Translations under genes and position numbers: made by a program
Shown here: piece by piece, positions 1 through 9,411 of the stretch
How positions within the stretch are numbered: the stretch's first letter is position 1
Layout of the letters: every line of letters starts with the position of its first letter
The notes under the pieces: model-generated
The model's database searches: none
What the model was told of the DNA's origin: nothing
The model's input: only the letters and a program-made list of their open reading frames with translations
NCBI GenBank assembly: GCA_964645645.1
Contig: CAZYBC010000001.1
Coordinates: 6,064 to 70,063, forward strand
DNA length: 64,000 nucleotides
Direction of reading: 5' to 3'
Source: an uncultured Pseudomonadales bacterium
Lineage (GTDB): Bacteria; Patescibacteriota; Microgenomatia; UBA1400; PJMF01

Positions 1-1907
1 ATTTCATCGTTGTCTGCTTCATTTAGAGATTGCTCAAACTTGGAAATACGCCCAGCCAGTGAAGCAAGACCATCTTCGTCAATCGTTCGTAATGCCGCTT
101 TTTCAAGTAAAGACTTGAATGATACAAAAGGCTGGCGTTCTAAGGTTCTTGAGTCAGTCTTAATACTCTCCGTCACTCCCACAGCATCAAAAATCACGAA
201 TCTATTTTTGTATTCAGCGTCAGGTGTTACTGCTTTTAAGTCATCTTCGCCAATTGTGCGAGTACCACGACCCTTCATCTGTTCAAAGTACACCCGAGAC
301 TTAACATCACGCATGAAGATAAGACATTCTAGAGGCTTGATATCAGTACCAGTCGAAATCATGTCCACTGTAACTGCAATGCGAGGGAAATATGAGTTGC
401 GGAAACTCTGAATCAACTCCTCTACATTTTCGCCCGTTCGATAAGTAATCTTTTTAGCAAAGTCATTGCCCTTGCCAAACACCTCACGCACAATATGCAC
501 GATCTCCTCTGCATGGTTGTCGTCTTTAGCAAAAATTAAAGTTTTAGGTACAGTCTCACGGTCAGGGTAAATATCAGGCAACCAGTTTTTGAAGACTTTA
601 ATAACTGTTCTTATCTGGTCTGGTGCTACCACACTTCTATCAAGCTGGCTGGCTTCGTAAGTTAGTGCCTCGTCCAACTTCTCCCATCTGACTTTGCGAG
701 TCTCACGATTGCGCACATCAACAAATGTACCCTCATCAATGGTATTGCCCTCTTCACCAATTTGGGTCTTAATGCGATACACATCGTAGCCAACATTGAT
801 TCCATCGGCGACCGCTCGTTCATGCGAGTACTCCATGATGAGATTGCTGTTAAAGAATCCAATGGTCTGTTTTGATGGTGTGGCAGTCAATCCGATTAAA
901 TGAGCATCGAAGTATTCAAGAACTTGTCGCCATAAATTGTAGATGGAGCGGTGACACTCATCAGTCACAATAAAATCAAATGCTTCGATGGGAAGTTGAG
1001 GATTATATTCGACAGGCACTTTGTCTTCGTATGTGAACTCAGGAGCGTTGTCAAATTGAGATGTTTCCTCAAGTGACTCATCAAACTCTGGGTTCCCAGA
1101 AAGAATTGAGTACATGCGTTGAATAGTTCCAATACAAACTTTACTTACTGGATCAATGCTTGGGCTTTTAAGGTGTTGAACATTGTATAGCTCGGTAAAC
1201 TTACGACCATCATCAGGGATAGTAAACTTTTGAAACTCTTTGAGTGTTTGTCTGCCTAGATTTCCTCGGTCAACTAAGAATAAAACTCGTTTGGCTTTAC
1301 CAAACTTGAGCAAGCGGTAAATGAACGAAACAGCGGTGAATGTTTTTCCACTTCCCGTAGCCATTTGAAGTAATGCCCGAGGATCATCTTTAGCAAGCGA
1401 CCTTTCTAAATTAGTGACTGCCTCAATTTGGCAACCACGAAGACCATACACATTGAGTTCTGGATAATTTTGTAAACGCTTGCGCAGTGTTTCTTCTTCC
1501 TGCAACCACTCCTGTATTGTCTCTGGTTTGTGAAAGGCAAACAATCGCCTCGATCTTGGTTGTGGGTCTCGTTCGTCTCTAAAAAAAGTTTCTGATCCAG
1601 TGCTTTCGTATGCAAAAGGGAGATGTTCATCAACTTTTGGTAAGTTGGCATCCGTGCTTGTTATGTACTTGCCTGATTGTTCTGCGACACCGCTAAGAGT
1701 CGTACCAGCAGGCTTTGCTTCAACCACACCCACTGCTTTGCGATCAACAAACAGCATGTAATCGGCGGGACCTTTTTGTGTTGGGAACTCGCGAACAGCA
1801 ACCCCAAGTTTCGCCCCTAGATTTAATCTAGAACGATCTTGTATATCCCATCCTGCTTGAATGAGCAATTTATCAATGTCTTGTCGAGCCTTTTCTTCTG
1901 GTGTCAT
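1..1907 (-). CDS. hsdR: Type I restriction enzyme R subunit (HsdR-like). It has an N-terminal PD-(D/E)xK nuclease domain followed by a DEAD/SF2 helicase. The 3' end runs off the window.
   Basis: Manual translation of the minus strand from ATG at 1907 gives an uninterrupted ORF of more than 630 aa. The N-terminus (MTPEEKARQDIDKLLIQAGW...DYMLFVD...VVEAKP) matches HsdR_N/PD-ExK. Helicase motifs are present: QMATGSGKTFT (Walker A), VTDECHRS (DEAD), LTATP and QMKGRGTR. The ORF track omits it because there is no in-window stop. Confidence 0.75.
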   Translation of the reverse strand, partial: MTPEEKARQDIDKLLIQAGWDIQDRSRLNLGAKLGVAVREFPTQKGPADYMLFVDRKAVGVVEAKPAGTTLSGVAEQSGKYITSTDANLPKVDEHLPFAYESTGSETFFRDERDPQPRSRRLFAFHKPETIQEWLQEEETLRKRLQNYPELNVYGLRGCQIEAVTNLERSLAKDDPRALLQMATGSGKTFTAVSFIYRLLKFGKAKRVLFLVDRGNLGRQTLKEFQKFTIPDDGRKFTELYNVQHLKSPSIDPVSKVCIGTIQRMYSILSGNPEFDESLEETSQFDNAPEFTYEDKVPVEYNPQLPIEAFDFIVTDECHRSIYNLWRQVLEYFDAHLIGLTATPSKQTIGFFNSNLIMEYSHERAVADGINVGYDVYRIKTQIGEEGNTIDEGTFVDVRNRETRKVRWEKLDEALTYEASQLDRSVVAPDQIRTVIKVFKNWLPDIYPDRETVPKTLIFAKDDNHAEEIVHIVREVFGKGNDFAKKITYRTGENVEELIQSFRNSYFPRIAVTVDMISTGTDIKPLECLIFMRDVKSRVYFEQMKGRGTRTIGEDDLKAVTPDAEYKNRFVIFDAVGVTESIKTDSRTLERQPFVSFKSLLEKAALRTIDEDGLASLAGRISKFEQSLNEADNDE

Positions 1908-2123
1908 ACATATTTTTCCCTATGGATTGCTTAGGATTTTGTAAGAACAATTATACCAGTGAACACTCGATTAGCGGAACGCAATGTGAAGAATAAAAAA
2001 GTTGATGACTAGCAGATTTAACCTTAAAACAGAGTGAGTATTGTGAGGGTCACCCAATTATAAATAGAAACCATTGAGCCAGTTTTAAGGTTAGTAGAAA
2101 GTTTCAGAGAGCATGAAAACCAG

Positions 2124-2984
2124 TTAATAGTGCTGGTATCCACCATCGTCCTCTTCCTCATCTGTAAGTCTGCCCGATAAGAAATCTGGCAACCATTTCT
2201 GCACTGTACCCATTGTCCAGAACTTCAACCACTCAAACTTCTTCTCGTCTTTGTTTTCCTCAATCCATTCCATGAAGTCTATAATCTGCTTTGGAGTACG
2301 CCCTGCCAAGAACATCGCCCTCGTATAGTTTAAAGCTGTTTTTAGCTCACTACCCCTACGATCCGTACCACTAATTCGTTTATAAGCCATCAATACTTGG
2401 TTGTACTGTATCCGTGGAAACCTTTTGATATTAGGGTTTTTCTTTTTAGGAATCTGCAAATGATTCCCTTTAGTATTAACACTATTATTATTTGTATTAC
2501 TTATATTAAGAGTATTAGTATATATATTATATGGAAGAGTTAGCGATTCTTGATCGGGGACTTTAGAGACTTTTACTAGATTTTTACCGAGTAAATCAAT
2601 GTTTTTTAAATCATCTTCATTGTGAAGATTTTTCTTCATTGTAAACAATTTTCTTACCTGTTCATCGGTGAGTAGCTTTGGGGGAACAGTTAGTTGAAGT
2701 GTAACTTCTCTGCCACTGTGCTTCTTTTTAACCAATCCCAAATCTTCCAGCTGTTTGATTATCTTTCCAAAGTGTTGCTTTGTGATACCAAGGTGGTGTG
2801 CCAATTTAGAACTTACAAGATTTTCTAAGCCAAAGGTGTAATCAAGGAGAATCAACCTTGTATAAGCCCTTAGAAGGGGTGCTTCATCTTGCAGGAGTAG
2901 TAGTATAGCAACAGGTAAACTTATATTCTCAATTGATACACCTTGAGTTGTGTCTGCATGTAGTAATTGTGATTGTTCGGTCAT
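2124..2984 (-). CDS. Winged-HTH DNA-binding protein. It may be a replication or regulatory protein of the integrated element.
   Basis: 286-aa ORF. The N-terminal segment LAHHLGITKQHFGKIIKQLEDLGLVKK resembles a MarR/wHTH fold. The C-terminal domain is unknown. The gene lies inside the G+C-richer segment and overlaps the next ORF (ATGA junction). Confidence 0.5.
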   Translation of the reverse strand: MTEQSQLLHADTTQGVSIENISLPVAILLLLQDEAPLLRAYTRLILLDYTFGLENLVSSKLAHHLGITKQHFGKIIKQLEDLGLVKKKHSGREVTLQLTVPPKLLTDEQVRKLFTMKKNLHNEDDLKNIDLLGKNLVKVSKVPDQESLTLPYNIYTNTLNISNTNNNSVNTKGNHLQIPKKKNPNIKRFPRIQYNQVLMAYKRISGTDRRGSELKTALNYTRAMFLAGRTPKQIIDFMEWIEENKDEKKFEWLKFWTMGTVQKWLPDFLSGRLTDEEEDDGGYQHY

Positions 2985-3436
2985 GAGGTTGCTCCTTCTG
3001 TGTTGGTATCTTGTGATAATTCACTAATTTCATTCTTAATTCTGTGAAGCTCCGCATCTACATCAAATGGTTTAACCCCTTGAATGTCGCGACCAAACTC
3101 TTCTTTACAGTGGATTGAATTAGTGGCTACCCACATTACAAATTGAAGATCTTTCCAGTCAATTTCAAAACCTGCTTGTTGGCGTGCATATATTCTGTAC
3201 AACTGCTTTGCGATCACGGTTGAAGTAATCAAAGAGATGTAAGTCTGAAATGCCCTTATTTGGTCTCTCAAATAGCGACTCTTTTTCATCATTCTGTATA
3301 GCGTTGCTCTTGAAACACCAGATTGCAAACAGGCAATTCTAATAGAAAGCCCCGACCTTAAATATGGCTCTAATTTTGAGACCATTAGGTCTGCTTGTTC
3401 TTTCGTAAATGGTTGATTTCCCTTTTTTCGGTTCAT
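2981..3436 (-). CDS. HTH-domain protein (resolvase/terminase-small-subunit-like HTH).
   Basis: 151-aa ORF. LSIRIACLQSGVSRATLYRMMKK is a classical helix-turn-helix. Confidence 0.5.
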   Translation of the reverse strand: MNRKKGNQPFTKEQADLMVSKLEPYLRSGLSIRIACLQSGVSRATLYRMMKKSRYLRDQIRAFQTYISLITSTVIAKQLYRIYARQQAGFEIDWKDLQFVMWVATNSIHCKEEFGRDIQGVKPFDVDAELHRIKNEISELSQDTNTEGATS

Positions 3437-3497
3437 GTCGATATACTAGCAATTGATGGCTATTGACAGTCTCTCAAATGAGTGTTAAATTGTCAAT

Positions 3498-3812
3498 ATG
3501 AACGAAAATGTAGAAGACAAAATCCGATCACTATCGCTTCCTCAGCTTGAGATCCTAATGGTCATGGCGAAATCAAATGAGCCAGTTTCTACCAGCAGAG
3601 AGATCATGCAGACCACAGGAACAAGCTCTTATACTTTTGGTGCAATCATCTCTCCACTCAGAAGACATAAAGTAGACGGTCAAAGCCTTATAGTCCAAGC
3701 TGGTAAAGATGGCGCAAATGGGGTCAGATGGCAAATAAATGAGAAGCTTGTAAGCAAGCAAGACTTACTAATTTTATTAAATAGCATGGGGGTGCAAATC
3801 GAAGAAAACTAA
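3498..3812 (+). CDS. Small hypothetical protein, possibly a winged HTH.
   Basis: 104-aa ORF transcribed divergently from the HTH gene. No recognisable catalytic motifs. Confidence 0.4.
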   Translation: MNENVEDKIRSLSLPQLEILMVMAKSNEPVSTSREIMQTTGTSSYTFGAIISPLRRHKVDGQSLIVQAGKDGANGVRWQINEKLVSKQDLLILLNSMGVQIEEN

Positions 3813-4078
3813 ACTCAACTCAACACAAGTAAACAAAATTAAGTAATGACGACTTTGCTCGGTCACAAGTAGACCCAGCTTTATATCAAGAAATGACAGT
3901 AGACGATTTAGGTATAAAGTTGGGTTTTTTTGATGCAAAAAAGACATGAGTAATAAAAAAGATAATAAAAAACTAGATGAGGGTCTGCACCAATGGTTCG
4001 AACTGGTATTGGCACACATCCAGCATAAACAAGTAGTACAAAACACAACAAAAAAAGTTGTAAGTGAAAGGAAAGAAT

Positions 4079-4261
4079 ATGCCAAAAGTGTTAATCAAAG
4101 AAATTAGAGGCTACATCGGAGCAAAAGAATACTTTTGCCCCAATTGTGGTGAAGAATTAGGATTGAACGCACACATTGACCATCTGTTAATGGACAGTGA
4201 CCTTGAAAAGATTCAGGCGTACTTTCTCTACTGCAATCGGTGCGGAGAAAAGATCGAGTGA
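4079..4261 (+). CDS. Small zinc-ribbon protein (two CxxC pairs).
   Basis: CPNCGEE...CNRCGEK. The ATG at 4079 is preceded by GAAAGGAAAG (Shine-Dalgarno). The ORF track starts earlier, at GTG 4064. Confidence 0.45.
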   Translation: MPKVLIKEIRGYIGAKEYFCPNCGEELGLNAHIDHLLMDSDLEKIQAYFLYCNRCGEKIE

Positions 4262-4422
4262 AACCTTTTGAAGTTGAGCCAAATCAAACCTGAAAATAAA
4301 ATATAGGTATATAAAAAAAGAGGCTGTGTCCGTCTAAAGAAACAACCTCTTTTACATTACAAACAGCGTTTCCGCCGTTAGTGAATATAATATCACACAC
4401 GACGGAGCCTAGAAAGGAAGCT

Positions 4423-4926
4423 ATGACAACGGGCTTTGTATCCGTCGGAAGACGCCATTTAGAAATTGACCCCACAGATGTGGCAGTTAGAGATTACTTC
4501 GGAGTATCCCAACTATTCCGCTACTCCCTCGCTTTTTCCGAAAAAGCATACGACCAAACATTGATACTTGTTCCAGGGCATGATTGGGTACTTCATCCAG
4601 ATATAGCGGTACCTGACGACTTGAACCCCAACCTTAGAGGACAAGACTTGAACCTACAAGATCAAACTCAGTGGTTTTCCAGCATTGCAGATCAGATTCG
4701 TGAGTATTGCCCTGCTGAATCTGAATTATTTTTCCATTCTGGGAAATGGTTTGACCAGCTATTCACCTATCTCAGTCAACCAGATCCGATTTCAGGAAGT
4801 CCAACCTGTTATACCTTCCACACGCCAATGCGAGATCAACATTTAAGAATAGGAAAACAGTTGGCGTTCTATAAGTCGATGGTCGGGCAATTACCCTCAG
4901 TAAAAAATGAAAGGAGGGCTAAATGA
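4423..4926 (+). CDS. Hypothetical protein translationally coupled to the serine recombinase. It could be an accessory or directionality factor.
   Basis: ATG at 4423 is preceded by GAAAGGAAG. Its stop overlaps the recombinase start (ATGA at 4923-4926). Confidence 0.5.
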   Translation: MTTGFVSVGRRHLEIDPTDVAVRDYFGVSQLFRYSLAFSEKAYDQTLILVPGHDWVLHPDIAVPDDLNPNLRGQDLNLQDQTQWFSSIADQIREYCPAESELFFHSGKWFDQLFTYLSQPDPISGSPTCYTFHTPMRDQHLRIGKQLAFYKSMVGQLPSVKNERRAK

Positions 4927-6491
4927 ACAACAACGGAGCTAATACCGCCTATGCATACTGTCGAGTAAGTACAGACCGCCAAGCCAAAGAAGGATTTTCA
5001 CTTGAACAACAAAAGAAGTCCTGTGAACAACTCGCCAAAAGTCATTCAATTAAAATACTCGATTTTTATATCGATCGAGGAGAAACCGCCACTGCCTCGA
5101 ACCGCAAACAGTTTATGCAGATGTTAGAAGACTGTGAGCGCAAAGAAGTGAAGTACATCTTGGTATATCATACCGACCGATTTGCAAGAAATAGCCTAGA
5201 CCACCTCGTAATTAAGGACAGGTTAGCAAAACTTAACATTGCACTTCTGTCAGTCACCCAACCAATGATTGACTCATCTCCAGAGGGTAAGTTGCTCGAC
5301 ACTATGATGGCTTCCATCAACCAATTTTACAGTGACGATCTATCTAGAAAAACAATGCGTGGCATGTATGGTCGCTGGGAAAAGGGCTGGTGGGTATCTG
5401 GTGCACCACACGGCTATATGAATATTAATAAAGAAAATAGAATCACTAAAACATCTTTTACAGTCGAGAAGCAAAAGTACCTAGACTCGCTAGGTCGACC
5501 AATTATGCCAATTGAACAAGACCCTTTCGTAGCACCTTACATCAAGCAAGCATTTGAATTGTACGCCACAAATAACTACTCATATTTTAATCTGGGTCAA
5601 TACTTATTTGAAAAAGGACTAAAGACAGCAAATGGTAAACCCTTAGCCCACAGCACCATTCACCAGATCATAACGAACAGTTTTTATTTTGGAAAAATGC
5701 GCTGGAACAATGAAGAGAGGATGGGAAAACATGAACCACTTATTGATGAGGCACTTTTCAAACACTGTCAATTGATCGCAGCTCAAAAAAGGCACTTCAT
5801 CATTCGTCAACGCAAACATGACTTCTTACTGCGTGGTGTAGTTTTCTGCAATAGGTGTGGTCTGCGGTATACGGCCGAGTGGCACAAAATAAACTCTACT
5901 AGCTCAGACAAAATAGCCTATTACCACTGTGCTAAACGCCAGCCATGTAAATCCCCTTATGTAGAGATGGAAGAACTTGAATCTCTAGTTGAGAAACAAC
6001 TGCGTAAAGTTAAGTTCACCGATGAGTTCATCCAATTACTCAGTGACAAGGTAAAAGAGTACTTAGAGAATCAAGGATCCCGTAATAGTGAGGTGGAACA
6101 AATTCTAGTTAAACGCCGAGCAGAACTCAAAAAACAGAAAAGTGAGTTACTGTCTTACTTGGTTAACAAAGTGATTGATAAGGATGACTTTGCCGAGAAA
6201 AAAGCCGAGATTGAGAATGAAATTGAAGGTATCAATGAAGAGGTTGGTAAGCTAGATCGAACCAGCAATTTCGATTTTGACCTACTAGAGGAGGTACTAA
6301 AGTTAACTATGGACATTCCAGCCACCTACAATGACGCACCTCCAGAGCTCAAGAGACAGTATTTGAAGTTCTTCTATAATAAGGTGAAAGTGGACAACAA
6401 AAAAATTATAGCAGTTGAATTTTCTGATTTATTACTTGAGCTAATTTCTTTTAAGCGTCTTATAATAATCAGTAGAAGGCTCCCCGGGTAG
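4923..6491 (+). CDS. Large serine recombinase (resolvase/invertase catalytic domain, recombinase domain and zinc ribbon).
   Basis: YAYCRVSTDRQ catalytic serine motif. Length 522 aa. A C-terminal Cys cluster (CNRCG...YHCAKRQPC) is present. A strong SD (AAAGGAGGG) precedes the start. The stop TAG at 6489-6491 lies inside the 3' end of tRNA-Asn. Confidence 0.85.
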   Translation: MNNNGANTAYAYCRVSTDRQAKEGFSLEQQKKSCEQLAKSHSIKILDFYIDRGETATASNRKQFMQMLEDCERKEVKYILVYHTDRFARNSLDHLVIKDRLAKLNIALLSVTQPMIDSSPEGKLLDTMMASINQFYSDDLSRKTMRGMYGRWEKGWWVSGAPHGYMNINKENRITKTSFTVEKQKYLDSLGRPIMPIEQDPFVAPYIKQAFELYATNNYSYFNLGQYLFEKGLKTANGKPLAHSTIHQIITNSFYFGKMRWNNEERMGKHEPLIDEALFKHCQLIAAQKRHFIIRQRKHDFLLRGVVFCNRCGLRYTAEWHKINSTSSDKIAYYHCAKRQPCKSPYVEMEELESLVEKQLRKVKFTDEFIQLLSDKVKEYLENQGSRNSEVEQILVKRRAELKKQKSELLSYLVNKVIDKDDFAEKKAEIENEIEGINEEVGKLDRTSNFDFDLLEEVLKLTMDIPATYNDAPPELKRQYLKFFYNKVKVDNKKIIAVEFSDLLLELISFKRLIIISRRLPG

Positions 6492-6551
6492 GACTCGAAC
6501 CTACAACCTTGAAGTTAACAGCTTCCTGCTCTGCCATTGAGCTACCGAGGA
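6480..6551 (-). tRNA. tRNA-Asn (anticodon GTT).
   Basis: Hand-folded cloverleaf. Acceptor TCCTCGG/CCGGGGA, D-arm GCTC-AATGGCA-GAGC, anticodon loop CTGTTAA (U33, GUU, A37), T-arm GTAGG-TTCGAGT-CCTAC, discriminator G. The acceptor and anticodon loop match the E. coli tRNA-Asn pattern. Confidence 0.85.
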
Positions 6552-6603
6552 TTATTAAAGAACAGACCAAATTATACCAGTCAATTTTTCAAAATACCAG
6601 TCA

Positions 6604-7299
6604 TTAATCCCAACTTTTTTGGCTATCGCCAGTGATCGGAATTTTTTCCCCTAAAAATTTTGGTTTGGCATGGAAAAGGATATCTTTAAAGGCTTTAATT
6701 TTAGCGAAAAATTCGCGGAAGTTGTTATATTGTTGGCCATAATAAATGCGCTTGTCTGCGCTTATCCCCACAGCTTTAATGCCTAAACTATTAGCCAAGT
6801 ATAAGCTTCTATTTAAATGGAAATTTTGGCTAACAATAATTAAAGATTCCACATCAAAGATATAATCTGCTCGATAAACGCTATCGTAAGTGTCAAAGCC
6901 GGCGTGATCCATAAAAATATCTTCGGCTTTAACGCCTTTTTCTAAAAGGTAATTTTTAATGGTATTAACTTCATCATAATTTTTGCGGCCATGATCGCCA
7001 CTGATTAAAATCTTTTTTACTTTAGCGTTTTGATATAACTCAATAGCCGTGTCAGCACGATCTTGCATAATTGGACTTAACTTACCATTGTCATAAACTA
7101 AAGAACCTAAGAGCAGCGCAGTTTGCGCAGCCGGCACGGTTTTAGAATCAGCATAAATCTGGGCTTGCGTAGATTGATCAAGATAAAAATTAATTAAAAA
7201 TGGAATTGTGCCCAGCAAAAACATAAGAACTGTTAAACTTAAAAACAGCTTCTTTTTAGCTTGCAAAATTTGTTTAAAAATCGCTTTTACCTTTTTCAT
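6604..7299 (-). CDS. SanA/YdcF (DUF218) family membrane protein.
   Basis: N-terminal TM segment. KKILISGDHGRKNYDEVNTIKNYLLEKGV...DHAGFDT is typical of DUF218. Confidence 0.6.
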   Translation of the reverse strand: MKKVKAIFKQILQAKKKLFLSLTVLMFLLGTIPFLINFYLDQSTQAQIYADSKTVPAAQTALLLGSLVYDNGKLSPIMQDRADTAIELYQNAKVKKILISGDHGRKNYDEVNTIKNYLLEKGVKAEDIFMDHAGFDTYDSVYRADYIFDVESLIIVSQNFHLNRSLYLANSLGIKAVGISADKRIYYGQQYNNFREFFAKIKAFKDILFHAKPKFLGEKIPITGDSQKSWD

Positions 7300-8391
7300 T
7301 TACTCTAAAAAGTCTTGGAGTTTTTTACGGCGGCTAGGGTGTTTGAGTTTGCGTAAGGCTTTAGCTTCAATCTGACGAATCCGTTCACGGGTAACGCCAA
7401 ATTTACGGCCAACTTCTTCTAGGGTCATACTTTTATTGCCCATCAAGCCAAAACGCATTCTCAGCACAGCAGCTTCGCGGTCTGAAAGGGCTGATAAAAC
7501 CTCTTCCACATTTTCCCGCAACATTTGTTTGCTGGTGGAATCGTAAGGACTAATTTGCTTATCATCAGCAATAAAGTCACCTAAAATGCTATCATCTTCG
7601 CCATCACCAACTGGAGTTTCCAAAGAAGTGGTATTTTGAGAAATCTTAAGAATTTCGCGAACTTTATCAGGTTCAAGCTCCATTTTTTCGCCAATTTCTT
7701 CTGGAGTAGGTTCTCGGCCTAAATCTTGCATTAATCTTCTGGCTGTTCTCATCAATTTATTGATGGTTTCAACCATATGAACTGGAATACGGATTGTCCG
7801 GGCTTGATCAGCAATAGAACGAGTAATAGCTTGACGAATCCACCAGGTGGCGTAAGTAGAAAATTTAAAACCTTTGGTCCAATCATATTTTTCTACGGCT
7901 CTAATTAAACCTTTATTACCTTCTTGAATTAAATCAAGGAAAGTTAAACCACGGCCAATGTATTTTTTAGCAATAGACACCACTAATCTTAAGTTAGCAT
8001 CAATTAATTTTTTCTTGGCTTTTTCACTACCAGCCTCTACTTCTTGAGCTAACCGAATTTCTTCTTCACGACTTAACAGTGGAATCCGGCCAATCTCCTT
8101 GAGATACATGCGGACAGGATCAGAAACCCCAACACTACCTAGTGAAGATAAAACATCTAATTCTTGTTGAAGATTGTCGCTTTCTTCTTCTTTAGTACTG
8201 GAAACTGATTCAAAGATATCAACTCCAGCAGTCATGATATCATTGTAAAAATCGTCTAATTCTTCTAAATAAAGTTCTGGCTCAACAAAAGTGTCCAACA
8301 CATCTTCTTGAGTTACAAAACCCTGACTTTTAGCTTTTTTGAGCAAACTTTTAATATCTTCTGCTAAAGCCTTAGGAAGTTTTTTTGCCAT
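7300..8391 (-). CDS. rpoD: RNA polymerase sigma-70 factor RpoD.
   Basis: Region 2 is [49 protein letters not shown]. Region 4 is [28 protein letters not shown]. Confidence 0.92.
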   Translation of the reverse strand: MAKKLPKALAEDIKSLLKKAKSQGFVTQEDVLDTFVEPELYLEELDDFYNDIMTAGVDIFESVSSTKEEESDNLQQELDVLSSLGSVGVSDPVRMYLKEIGRIPLLSREEEIRLAQEVEAGSEKAKKKLIDANLRLVVSIAKKYIGRGLTFLDLIQEGNKGLIRAVEKYDWTKGFKFSTYATWWIRQAITRSIADQARTIRIPVHMVETINKLMRTARRLMQDLGREPTPEEIGEKMELEPDKVREILKISQNTTSLETPVGDGEDDSILGDFIADDKQISPYDSTSKQMLRENVEEVLSALSDREAAVLRMRFGLMGNKSMTLEEVGRKFGVTRERIRQIEAKALRKLKHPSRRKKLQDFLE

Positions 8392-8580
8392 AATACATAT
8401 TCTCTAATTGAAGTTAATTGATAAATTACGTTTTATTTCCAGCGATTAGCTGCGAATGCCTTTAGGCTTAATAGATTGAACGTAATTTTTTAAAAAACAA
8501 AAACAATGCCGATTTTCATCGGATTCTATAATTATAATGGAAAATAGAAGATTTGTTAAGCTTAATTTACAATTGCTAAT

Positions 8581-9360
8581 TTAAGCATTAACCAATGGCC
8601 AATCTAAAGTAGGGGTTAAAAAAGTAGCTTTTCTTTTACCTACTACCACCATATATTCAAACATGGCTGCTTTGGCTCCATCAGCGGTTTTAATTGTCCA
8701 GCCATCTTCTGCCTGATAAATTTGATCACTGCCAGCCACAATTTGACATTCCACACACAAGACCATGCCTTCTTGTAAAGCTGGACCGGTATGAGGTTTA
8801 CCATAAGAAGGAATAGCTGGATCATCATGTAAGGTGCGACCAATACCATGACCAACAAATTCTTTTACGGTTTCAAAATTATCTTTGCGAGCAGTCTTAG
8901 ACATTAAACTAGATAAATCACCTATATAATTACCAACTACTGCCTTAAAAGCCGCCTTTTGAACAGCTTCCCGGCTGGTTTTAAGTAAACGCAAATCTGC
9001 ATTACTTACTGCTCCCACCCCCACTGTAAAACAATGATCTGTATATAGGCCCTGATAAATAATCCCAAAGTCCACCTTTACTAAATCTCCATTTTTAAAA
9101 GGAGTTTCATTAGGTATACCATGCAAAACCGTATCATTGACACTAATACAAGTGGCATACTGATAACGATTATTTTTAGGACCAACTCCCATAAAGCTAG
9201 GTTTAACTTGATATTCAGCACATAAATTTTGCGCCAACAGTTCAATTTGCATGGGAGTAACACCTACTTCAATGGACTCACGAAGTTCTCCTAAAATTTT
9301 GGCTGATAGTTTGCCAGCTTCTTTGTATTGGACTAGAGTTTTTTCATCTTTAATAATCAT
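8581..9360 (-). CDS. map: Methionine aminopeptidase type I.
   Basis: DLVKVDFGIIYQGLYTDHCFTVGVG and the metal-ligand His/Glu pattern. 259 aa. Confidence 0.9.
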   Translation of the reverse strand: MIIKDEKTLVQYKEAGKLSAKILGELRESIEVGVTPMQIELLAQNLCAEYQVKPSFMGVGPKNNRYQYATCISVNDTVLHGIPNETPFKNGDLVKVDFGIIYQGLYTDHCFTVGVGAVSNADLRLLKTSREAVQKAAFKAVVGNYIGDLSSLMSKTARKDNFETVKEFVGHGIGRTLHDDPAIPSYGKPHTGPALQEGMVLCVECQIVAGSDQIYQAEDGWTIKTADGAKAAMFEYMVVVGKRKATFLTPTLDWPLVNA

Positions 9361-9411
9361 TGTAGTTCCTCAGCTGACCATCTAAATGACTTTTGCTGAT
9401 CTGCCTATATT

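Noticed and set aside
10-411. Plus-strand ORF of 133 aa at the window start, and minus-strand ORFs 662..862 and 1406..1651 from the track.
   Set aside because: All three lie inside, and out of frame with, the long uninterrupted minus-strand HsdR reading frame. That frame has clear helicase and nuclease motifs. They are shadow ORFs.
3437-3497. ATTGACA...TGTCAAT inverted motif in the divergent promoter between the two HTH genes of the integrated element.
   Set aside because: It has only 7-bp arms with long irregular spacing, and one arm is just a TTGACA -35-like hexamer. It is too weak to call an operator.
8643-9263. Minus-strand ORFs 8643..8858 and 9081..9263.
   Set aside because: They are alternative-frame ORFs inside the well-supported methionine aminopeptidase gene. 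The same applies to 26546..26854 inside rny, 24102..24311 opposite the 162-aa gene, 23027..23281, 32862..33044, 35958..36167, 38027..38242, 39007..39213, 41869..42054, 43566..43817, 53761..53958, 58328..59370 (several) and 59971..60207.
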